Assembly (NCBI GenBank): GCA_023231475.1
Contig: JALJEE010002172.1
Coordinates: 1 to 36,555, forward strand
Reading direction: 5' to 3'
Source: Seison nebaliae
Taxonomy: Eukaryota
DNA length: 36,555 nucleotides
The notes under the pieces are model-generated. The model was given only the letters and a program-made list of their open reading frames with translations, did no database searches and was not told the DNA's origin. The translations under genes and the position numbers were made by a program. Positions 11,601 to 23,400 of the stretch are shown one piece after another (position 1 is the first letter of the stretch; every line of letters begins with the position of its first letter).

Positions 11601-14600
11601 AAATATTTTTAATTAAAATCAATGATCGTTCTAGATAAAACTTCAAATTATTGATTTTTAAGAATAGTAGTCTCCATCCCACTTGTTTGGATATATTCTT
11701 ATCTTTTATTAAACTTATCAATTAACAGTTGTGAAACTTAAATTAATATTGATCATCCATATCCATGCTGATGATTTGTATGAAAATGAAAAAAACGGAA
11801 GCATGCTAAATTCTTCCCACAAACTTTCCTCTTTATCACACACAATTAATGAACCGGCAAATTATTTATGGAGTTGGCCGTCATACGATTATCACTCGAA
11901 ATAATTTCGTTCTTTCATTTCGTTCTCTTTCGGAAATGGATGAACAAAGAAGTACTACGGGAATTAGCATTACTTATAAGTTCGGCAATTTCATGAGAAC
12001 TTTCTGTCCACTTTCTTTTATGTTGATCGCTCATGAAATTCGTATGATGAATTATAGCAATAAAAAAGAAGAAAGGATGATAATTAAAAGAAAATACAAA
12101 CAGAAAAAACGGATGATCGCAATGACCGATTCATCAAATTGTGGTAAGTAACAAATGAATAATTTCCTCCAAAAAAAATACCATCAAAATAAAAATAAGA
12201 AATAAATCGTCTTCCTTCTCCTGAAAATTATTTATCGTGTTCTTCCTATTGGAGTGACTGGTTTTAGACGGAACATTTAGTTAATAAATTTATCTAAAAG
12301 TTTGACTAACAATTTTCTTCCAATTTGGATTACATATAATGTAAACATTGCATCATATGGGAAGCAGAATGAAGCGAATGAAAACTACGAATATTAGGTG
12401 AGAAAATAATTTGATAATTTCATCAATTGAAATAAGAACGAATCGGCTTCTCCACTAGAGTGAACGTTCCCTTAGTAACGACACTTTGATTAAACTGACC
12501 ACAAATATTGATAAATGAACTTCTAATAATAATCCACTTGAATGTGCAGTGACTATTGAAAGATTGATTGAAAAAAGTGGAAGATCAGAGAGTAAAGTAA
12601 AGTTTCTTAGTAAAATATCTGATAAAAGTGGTCGATTGGGAAATCAGGTGAGGTGAAAAGACGAACTCCTTAATTATGCCATCGGATTTAGTTGGGAAGT
12701 GAAAGGAATTTATATGTACTAAAACTCCCAATTTTTCATACATCTAATAGAAAGAAAATAAGAAAGAACGACAAAGAGTCGTTTATTGTAAATTTTACTA
12801 TTTTTCGTAGTTTTACAAGAAAAATTTCTTACTAAATTTCTCGATCTATTAAAAGATTTATTTCCTTTTTAATTTTATATTATACGAATTATACGACAAT
12901 GTAAAATGAAAGAAATTAATTATATAAGAATTACCTTCAATTTTATTAAAAATGTTTGTAACTGATCGTATTCTTTCTGACGTATTATTCTGTTAGAAAT
13001 AATTTGACTATCATCAATAGAACTATAATCATATTATTATTATCATATGAAATACGAATAATAACTTGGAGGAAGAAAGATAATTTTAATTTGGGGAAAA
13101 CATTCGGAAGATAATGTTTTTTGGGAATTCTAATAAATTTTAATGGCATTGACACAGTCGTTCGGAAGTCCTTAATATGAAATGAAGGATATTTTACTTA
13201 ATAATTAAAATTTTTTGTCCGCATCATAATTCTTTGAGGATGAGCCTCCTCTATAATTCTCAGTTATAGCGAAACGAAAAGAATGATGAAAAAAGAACAA
13301 TTCCATAATTCCAGTCAAGAATTTGATTTACGAGATTTTCTTCCAATATTTTTTGAGTTACAATAAATTGGACTTGTGGAAGAAGAGAAATGAGATTTTC
13401 TTTCTTTCTTTTTTCGAATATTAAATTCCTATTAGTATTGCATATTAATTCACCATAAAACGAGATAGATTGATCGAAAGCAAATGCTACAAATTTCTTA
13501 CTGCTGTCGACATGTTATAGTGGGGAAGACACCAATATTTTGGGTGTTAATCTTTCATTAGCTGTAAGAGTATCACTCAACATATCTTCGATTCTTGTAG
13601 AAATTGATTCGGATGATGAGAGATCATCGATTTTACATTTATAGCAGAACTTTCATAAATGAATTGACTGATGATTAACAGATATCGTAGTGAAGCATAA
13701 AAATTGAAATGTTTTCTTCAAAAACAAGAGAAAACACATAAGGAAAATGTATCAAAGAATCAATTTGTCTTCTTCAAAATTCGACAGGATAAAAAGTTTA
13801 GGTAGAGAAATTAATGTTAACAGTAAATTTTTTTCCTTTAACTTTCATTCATTGATCCATTGACCAAAAGAGTCTAAATGAATCAGGAAGTTAAAGACTT
13901 AATGGAACTATTGTTCGATTTGAATAAACAATAAGAAGTAAATGAAGAAGGACCAAAAAGTTGGTGATACGAACAATGATGATGGAACATATGGCCGGGG
14001 AAGTGAATAACATAAACAAACGAGAGCTATTGAAAGAAGATGAATGAATTTGAATTTATTCATTCCATCCATCTAAATATAATGAATGTGCACAGATTGT
14101 AGATAATTCACAAACTAATCATTGGTATGTGGTGGAAGAAAGTGGAAATTTTGACCATTGGAGATTAGTAAACTTCATCTCGATAATAATAATTATACAA
14201 TTCAATGAATAGAGAAGACAACATACAAGGGATATTTTTAACTGCCTAATACTGTTCATCGCCGTTGGGCATTCTTCTACGATAATACAGACGACGAATA
14301 ACGAGTGGAATCGACTATCAACATCTCATGCTCATCAATAGTTATTATGGTAAAGTAAAATTGAAGTATATGGATAGTGAGGATAGTTCAGATGATGTTA
14401 AAAGTATTTGATTAAGAGAATTTTCTTTTCGTTGAAGATGGATGGTTGAAGTTGTGATGTGAGCAATATAGACAGTTCGCATAGATAGTGGATGGAATGA
14501 AGTTTAATGGAAATAATAATCGTCGGGTAATTGTGGTTAGAACAGTTAATAGCGTCTAGTGTGTAAAGAGAAATTGAATGTACCATAATCTGTGAAATGT

Positions 14601-17600
14601 TTATCATTTGTTTACACATAGAAAGAATTGAAATTATCGGTGAGAAATGATGGTAATAAGCAACATCGGGTCGATTAACAATGCCGTTCCTTTCCATTGT
14701 AAACGAACAACATTTTTATTAAGAAAATATATTTAGATGCAATATTTCTCCGCATTCACTTTCTCCGCTCGTTTATGGTGAGGGGAATATATGAAATTTT
14801 TACGGTTTCCTCAAATATTTAAGTAAATAAAGTTTAATCGTTAACTAGTAGTTACTACTTACTAGTTAGTGGGAGGAAGAATTTGAAGAAGAAAATAAAA
14901 GCAGATTGGAAGTGCGAACACACGTGCAGTCATTTAAGAATAAAACGTTAAAAAAGGCAAATAAATTTTTAAATAATTAACTTTTCATGGAATTGGTACG
15001 AATTGATTGAAATATTTCTATGAGGAGGATGATATTTATATGGAAGATTCTATGATTTAAAGTTTGTTGATCTCATAAAAATGATCTCTCAGAATTAAAG
15101 AGATAGAACGATGATTTGAGAGTGAAATCTTTTATTTTATAATATCTTCTCTAAGGCGATTGACGTAAAGTCATTCAGAAGAAAAATTAGATTTTCAATT
15201 TCATCCAAAGAAACAACCAGGAGCAGCTGCATACATAGCACCGTACTAAGATTATTACTGCGATTAAACTTATTTTATGTTATTCTATCAATTCCGTTGC
15301 CCTAATCGTGCTAATTCGACTATCGTACCTATAGATCGACATTAGAAATAATATTTCTGCTAATATCACTAGAAAATTGTCGTTCAAGAGTTGGGGAAAT
15401 GGTTAGACGAATTAGGTAGATGGAAATGGTAAGAAGGCCATATATGATGAAATGAGCGTATAATGTGAAATGATTGAATTGATCATTAGAATACGAAGGT
15501 ACAATGTTCTATTTTGATAAGTAGGAAATTTTCTAATTTAACGAATTCGAGCTGATTAGAACCAGACGCGATTTCATGTGAATTATTTTGCCATCCGCAA
15601 TTCTATTCCACTCTCATCTTCATCAACTCTATTATCTTCCTCTACCATATCAGTGTTGTCACTTATCGCCTGCGTAATGAATTCAAGAACGAACGTATTA
15701 GATACTTATTATATAAATGATAACAGCCCTCGCCTCTTCAACCAAGGTCAGTGAGTAGATAGAGGTTACCTGATTACCAAAGAGAATTGTGGAGATATTC
15801 TCCATTTCACCCCAAATTTTCGTTGGGAAAGGAATTGTTTCAAATAAAGATCAAGTAACAATATAATGGTTGATAAATACAAAAATAATTGAGAGTTCGA
15901 CTAGAGGTCGTTTTCTTTCTGGTTCCTTTCTTAATGGTGCTAAAAACCGTTTCATAAATGAGACTATATGAATAATATCATTGATGTGTTCCATAATGTT
16001 TATTGCGGATGATAATGTTTGATTCGGTGAGGTGACAATAACACCTGTAAGATATTTTCATCGATCAATACCATCTTGTCTTTGAACATAATTCTTTAGT
16101 CTATACCATATCATGCAACAATTAAAACAATTCAATTGAATTGACACCTGAGGAGGCGGAAGTTGAAGCCTTCGGCAGCTGTTTCTGACGACTACATCAA
16201 TTCAAACATATATTTATTCACTATTCTGCATAAAAATTGAAAGATAAATAAGAAGATTGGTAGATGAGCAAGCTTCCTTTATTTACTATCTTAAAAAAAT
16301 TTGACGTCTCAGATTGCATGGAATTAGAAGAGGAAGTCCTATATACACCAATTCTTATTTGCATTTGCTACTTTGATTTTACACATGTCACATAATATAG
16401 AGATACAATTCTTTTCGAAGAATGACATAAGATGAAAATGAGAAAAAACATAATTCATTAATCTTATCCTCTTTCTTGGAAAAGAATTCCGTAAATAAAA
16501 AATTCGTTTATCAGAATTCCTCGAAGAGGAAAGAAATGAATGAATCAAAATCAGTTTCTTTTCGAGTTTATGGAAAGTTGGGATAGAAAAATTGACTCAC
16601 CTCAAGGTTTCGTTGCCTTTCTCGATTTGTTATACTTCCCAATCGTTATTATTCGAAATATTGGACGAAAATCTGATTCAATCTTCTACCGATGCTCCTG
16701 AATTATACACTTTACCAATTAAACGATACTTCCTTTTCTTTTCATATGTAAATTATATGAATCTTCTTTCCAAGCCATATCTTTTTACTCAAATCCTAAA
16801 ATTCACTATTACCGATAACACATTATTTGCATAACTTGTAAAACAATTTGAATGAGAATTAAAATAAATAAAGAACAACTCGGTTTGTTAGAGAAAAAAG
16901 TGTGAACTTGTTTGGTGAGAGCATGGAGGTAGGCTAACTAAAACGAAGTCTAACTAAAATTCTTTTCATAGAAGAAAATTTGAAGTTTTTTTTTTCTATT
17001 GGAAAATGGATAATAGATTCCTTTTAGTTCCAAAATATCGGCTATTGTAGAACGACGAAGGTTATTCTTATGAACTTGTTATTCCGTTTCTTCACTTTAT
17101 TAATACGGTCATCGATTATTAAGAATTTTCATCAACTCATTCTTCTTCATAATAATTTGATTATCAACAATAATAGTTTTTGGATAAACTATAAGTGGGA
17201 AATTCCACGAATTTCTAAGACTAAAGACGGTAAAGTATTAGGTTGGAGACTATTAGTCGAAACATAATCATTGAGAAGCGGAAGTGGAACTTATCAATTT
17301 GTTTTTAGTTCAGATATTGTTTTAATAGCAATTTTTCACTAGTTCGTGGATAAGTTCATAATAAACTACTTTATTTTATTACTCTATCTAATATTAGGAA
17401 TAGTGCAATTAACTGAATCTGAAGAAGAAGGAAGGAACGTTAAAGGTTATCGATGAGAATAAAAAGAAATGATCATAGATTATTTTTCCGATAATCAAGG
17501 ACAATATCTACCATTTTCGACAAGTGATACGATCAATCATTTGTTGTATTGTAAAAAGAAAATTGATAGATCATCCAGATAACAAACATAGAAGAGATAC

Positions 17601-18420
17601 ATGAATCAGAAAATTGTCTTCTTTCTATTCATGTTATGTATTAAAGCTGAAAATTACTCAAGTTAAGTTAAGTAAGTTAGTTCCTGTTGAATAGATAATA
17701 TCTTCCAGAAATAATAATAAAATTAATCCGAGATCTTTATCTAAATAAATTGCTCCATTCACTTGTGATGGAATACTTATTTTCATCTAATTTAGTTATG
17801 CAACATTAGAATCATATTATCGTTCAAGGATAATCGGAAGATATTTCATTCCTTTCAACACAACAATGAACAATTCGTCTAAACGACTATTCTCCAACAA
17901 AGCATTGAGGTGTGTATTATGAAGAGTACCATAAATTATACCATTCACATTTCTACTTTACCTCCAATAAGCTGATACAGGTCGTAGTTTTCACAGGAGA
18001 GTGTAAGAACAATAATAGTGATTCTGCTTCATCAATTCAGGAAATTAATCTTTCTCACTATTTATACACATCGATAACTGTATCTCTAAAAAACCATTAT
18101 TCATTCTATTTATCACCAGATAATTTTACAAGAAAATTAAGAATATTCAAGGTAAATTATTCTTCAGCGACAACCATTTTCTGATTCTTTATAATTGTTA
18201 GTTCTTCATTCAACCGTCATTTTAATTTAATTTCACAACAATTTATTAATAATTTCAGGATTTTAATAATCATGTTTTTCTAATTGAAATTCTAAATCAA
18301 AACCTTAAATTTGATAATGAAAATTGGAAAAAAATTAATTCGTTTTTCAGGAATTTCTTCAGAAAAAGATGAGTTATGCGTCATATATGTACAATAAAAG
18401 TATGACTAAGCAATTATAAG

Positions 18421-18571
18421 TGTGATGGTGCTTGATAATTGAATAGAATATTGACATACTAACATATGGCAATTTTGGGAAAAGTCTTAACATTTGGTTT
18501 TTATTTCCCAACTAGTAATGATAAAATTGGAATCAAGGTTATTCTACTCGATTAGTTAGAGCACCATCATA
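18421..18571. repeat. Degenerate inverted repeat (foldback) of about 150 bp
   Basis: The left arm TGTGATGGTGCTTGATAATTGAATAGAATA (18421-18450) pairs with TATTCTACTCGATTAGTTAGAGCACCATCATA (18540-18571). An inner stem TTGGGAAA (18475-18482) pairs with TTTCCCAA (18504-18511). Confidence 0.65.
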
Positions 18572-19285
18572 AAAGAAATGGACTTTACCAAAATTTACAT
18601 AAAAAAGGAAAATTTTACAATTTTCATTTCAACTACTTTTTTTTCAGAAAGTTATTATTATTGAAACTTGATTCACCCAATGGAATTTATAGATGTTAGT
18701 ACATGTTTCCTTATTTTATCTGGTTTGCGAAACCAAATTTCCATCGAACTACCTATTGTGAGAAAGTTTTTCGGATTGAATGAGTTCAAAATGTCACCTC
18801 AAATAATCTCCGTATATTCACATTAAATATAAAGTGGAATATATTTTTATGTGTGTAAGTTTGACAGAAAAATTAATACTATAATTGAAGTTTTTAATTT
18901 GTTTACAACTTCTATAAATTGAAAAATAGATCAATCAATCTTTTTTGTAAGTTAGTTAAGAGAATTTGGTTAAATAATTAAAAGTACACTGAAGATATTG
19001 ATATTGATATGTGCCAACTATTATATAAATATACAATATCTTTATTTTTTAAAATCTCTCTTTATCTCACAATTGTGAAAATATTTAATAATAATTATAA
19101 TTGTCATTTAGAAATTGGATTTATCAGGAGTAAAAAATTTTAATAGTTTTCGGTTAAGAACGATAAAATTTCTTAATGATAATTTATTGATGACTAAGAA
19201 ATGACGTCAGATTTCTATAAATTTACGGAAAATAATAATAAATAAGTCAGATAAAATAAGTTGAACAATATCATTTGTTAACATC

Positions 19286-20228
19286 ATGAGTTTTTTTCGA
19301 CAATTTGATAATATTTTTGATCGAGTCGAAGATGTAGTAGAAAACAGTTTACATTTATGGTTTTGTATTAAAATCTTTTTTCTTATTCCAGAGCTCTTTA
19401 GTTTTTGACAAGCCTGATAAAACTGGACCGAAACATGCGAGGTCCGTTCATTTATGGTGGAAGACTAGTGGTCAAGCTGATGTCTATTATAATGAAATAC
19501 AACCGACACATGTCGATACAGGAACTTATTATTGCGCCTTAGGTTTCAGTGGCGGCTATGGTGGAGCGCAACAATCGAGAAATGGAAATCGAATTTTAAT
19601 CTTTTCCGTTTGGGATCCAGGAAATCAAGATGATCCGAATAGTGTTAGCGAAGACCAGAAAGTAAAAGTTCTTTATGGACATCCTCAAGCAGAAGTGTCA
19701 CGATTTGGTAATGAGGGAACTGGAGCTAAATGTAAAATGCCTTGGCATTGGAATGAAAATGAAAAAATTCCGATGTTAGTTCATGCTCAACAGGGAGAGG
19801 AGGGTATGAGATATACAGGTTATGCCTATAACATTTACGATCAACAATGGGTATGTCTAGCTCAATATGAGTCGAAAGTGAATAATAAATTGATGACTGG
19901 ACTTTATTCATTTGTTGAAGATTTTAAGCGAAATTATCGAAGTGTAGGTGAAATAAGAGCAGCTTATTTTGGACCTGTGTGGACACGAGTGAACGGTCAA
20001 TGGGAAGAAGTTGACACTTGTACATTCTCAGCGGACAATACTCCATTGAATAATATCAATGCGACTACTAGTGAATGTGGAACATGTTTCCATTTGTGCA
20101 CCGGAGGTAACACCGAACAACAATGTCAACTGAGAGAGAAGTTGACGAAAGGAAATCTATCTGAACAGATTCCTCCACATCTCCAATTATGGGAACAACA
20201 ATATGGAGGTAATCTAGTTCCAATGTAG
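19286..20228 (+). CDS. DUF3472-family protein of unknown function, bacterial-like, 295 aa; exons 19286-19346, 19402-20228
   Basis: The frame of ORF 19695..20228 stays open upstream to 19401. It reads ARSVHLWW...YYNEI...GTYYCALGFSGGYGGAQQ...RILIFSVWDP...RFGNEGTG...GLYSFVEDF...RAAYFG.VW, the motif series I recall for DUF3472 proteins. A 55-nt GTT..TAG intron joins ATG 19286 in frame and gives FDNIFDRVEDVVENIFDK. Confidence 0.85.
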
Positions 20229-20465
20229 AAATATTAGAAGAAAGTAAATTAAAATTAAAATTTATTTACAAATAACAAAATTTCGATCGTTCAAATTCTT
20301 TTCCTATTTTAATTTCAATTCGTTCAATTTTTCATTGGAAATTTTTGTATAATTTGAAAATTTTTAATTGAAAATTTCACTTGAAACTTTGATACATTTT
20401 TCTTGTGATCGATTCATTCATTAGGAGATCCGAAATCGATTCATGAAACTTTTCATTTGGATTGA

Positions 20466-23400
20466 TTACCTGAATGATGTTGAATGAAATGTTTCTTTTA
20501 ATCGATCCAATTGTCGAATTATTTTCATATTGAGATCTAATAAACGTTTCGGTTCATTCATTAAATAACTTTCCATGTTCATATCACCAATTTCGAATAT
20601 TCGATTGATGGAAGAATGGACATTAAATTGATTTTCAGTAAAATGTATTTGAGGGAAATAATGTTTCATTCGGCTGTTAAATAAATTCTTTTTGGAGGAA
20701 TTCGTTGTTAATTCATTCGCTATATTGCGCCGGAAATTATCTGAAGAAATATCATAAGAATGACGAATATTATCTGGTCTTATCAATTTACTCAACGACG
20801 TTCTCATTCGACAATTTCGTCCTTTCTCTCCTCGATCTTCCAATTTCAGTAATGCTTCTGATGGGAAATTTACTTGAACATTCTTTGAATCGGAAAGAAA
20901 CAATTGTGGAATCGATTCATCTGATGCGGATAATGTCGTTGAATTGTTTTGTAATAATTTTGTTAGTTCCAAGATTTTTTGATAATACAAGAGAAGTTGT
21001 TGATAATGAATATCTTTATGGTGTTTGGATGAGTCTTTGAGTGTATTACTGCGATAAGGTTTATTCTCTACAACATCTCGATTTCGTTGTCTTGGTAACG
21101 AGTTTTGATGTTTTCTTGTTTGACGTAGATCGAGAAGTATTTCTTGACCTTGTTTAAATGTCGAATGCATCAAACGACGACGATATTCTTCATCTTCATC
21201 GTTCGACGCTTTCCATTGAGATGATACCGTTTGCACAGCACATTTGTAATTATCAAATGTGGAAAGAAGATGAGAATGTCTTAAATGTGTTCGATGTATT
21301 CGATTAGATCTTCGATGTGTCACAGTAAATTTCTCTGAGGGAAATTTATTTCGATTTAACATTCTCATTTCCGTATAATTCAATTTATTATTTTCCATCG
21401 AATTCTCCTTCATGTGATTACTTGAATTATCATTCAGAGAACAGTCCGACAAAATGAATGGCAAAGAAATAATATTTGAAGAAATTGGAGATGTTATTTT
21501 CGTTGAAGCTAATGTTATTGTCGTCACTGTTGTGATTGGAGATTGTGATATTTGAATGATATCATTCTTTATATCACATGAAATTTTATTATCTTTCGAC
21601 AAAGATTCCATGTTGTCATTTGACGATGAAGAATTTATTAATTCTTTTTCTGTTGAATTTTTTATTTCTGAAGAAGCCGATTGATTCTTATTCGCTTCCG
21701 ATGATTTAAGTAACATCAACATAGTTACATGAGTTTGCGTTGAAACGTCAGTTATATCTTTCTTCAATTTTTTATTTGGGTTCCTTTTTACTTTTCTTTT
21801 ACCATTTTTTATCGATTCATTCTTGTTAGAAGTCTGAATTCTTGTCGTACCATTTCTGTCTTCAAACTCCACTTTTGGCTTATCTTCTATAAACGAAGAT
21901 TCTTTTGTTTCGATTTCATCATCCTCTGCTATTTTTTCGATAGTAAATTGATGATTTTCTTGTTTACTTTCTATTGACATTTCTTTGATTATTTGAGGTT
22001 TCTCTTCAACATCTAATTCGAAAACACCTTTCATTAAAATCGGTTTTGGCATTACTTTTGCTAAAGAATCAGAAGGTTTTGATTTCCTTCGATTTTTCCT
22101 CTTCCGTTTCTTATGAAATTTCGCTTTATGCATTTCTTCTGTTCCTGTTTGACTTGAATATGCCTCGTCTGATTCAGTTCCATCATCCAAAATTGAACAA
22201 TTATCTAATGCTTCATCTAAATCATCAACATCCATCACTACTGAATTTGATGCAACGGCAGCAATTGCCAAAAGAGCACTACTTAAAGTATTACTGGTGT
22301 TGAGACTACTGGAATTAGCAACCGTTAAATGATCAGGATTAGTTCTATCATTTAAAATTTTTTGAGTATTTTCCAAAACCTCTTCGATCTTTTGAAGAAG
22401 AGTATCTAGTTCCCTCAATTTGGATTCGGCACCAAATTCATTAAGAATCTTCGTCCCTCTCAATTGTTCATCGATTAATTTCTTCAAATTATCAATGTCA
22501 TGTAAATGTGCGAGGAAATCACGATTCTCACCTTCAGCTATTTGTTTGGCTTTGTGAAATTGTTCGGTATTCTCATACAATTGACGAACTTGAGCATTTC
22601 GATGAGCAATACCTGACCGGACAGCAGCAGCAGCAAATAATTGAGAACTAATATGAGTGTTAATAAATCCGTTGCAATTCATATCATATTCGATTTGACT
22701 GGAATTTCTTTTTATTTCTGATATTTGCACATCATCAGTCTTGAATTTGACTGTTGGTTTTGATTCGACATTCTGGAATGTTTCACCCGCCTCCATCACT
22801 GAATAATCTTCAGCTGATGACACACAAGAATTCTTTTGGACAATTCCATCTTTTTGTTCGTTATTCTTAGAAATAACGACACTTCCATCAATCACCGTAT
22901 TTCCAATTTTCACTTTTGATGGTTCCTTAAAAATTGATTGGAATAATTTATCTGGTCTTTCCGGTGATGACGGTTTATTTGCACTATTACTCGTCACACT
23001 CTCTCCACTACTGCTGATCAATGTGGATCGGGTATTGATATTTCTCGTTTGCGGATGAGTAACTTTAATATTCTTAATTTTTGTTCGGTGATGCATTCCA
23101 TATTTCTTCGTTGAATGTAACGTTCCTGCTCTCAATGTTGCTCTTGTCATTCGTTTACCTTCTGGATCTTTATGAACTTCAAGTATCTAAGGAAATGAAT
23201 CAGATAACAGAATAATTTTTGAAAAGAAAAAATTAACTTTTGGTGTAAATATGACACCGAGAGTAAATGAGGTAGTTGTTAGAACTAGTCCGCCTGTAAT
23301 GAGATATGCAGCATCTAATAAGTTGACAGCAGAATTGGAATTTGTTGGTAGAACAGTTCCACCTCTTAACATCAATGAAATTGCAGCTGCACATACACAA

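Noticed and set aside
12452..15915. CTCF-like (CCACTAGAG, CGACTAGAGGTCG) and RFX X-box-like (GTTCCCTTAGTAAC) words upstream of the protocadherin
   Set aside because: These are isolated partial matches that cannot be distinguished from chance without binding data.
9092..18184. Scattered 60-100 aa ORFs in the intergenic tract
   Set aside because: Their composition (F/I/L/S/N-rich) matches random AT-rich DNA, with no motifs and no consistent exon chain.
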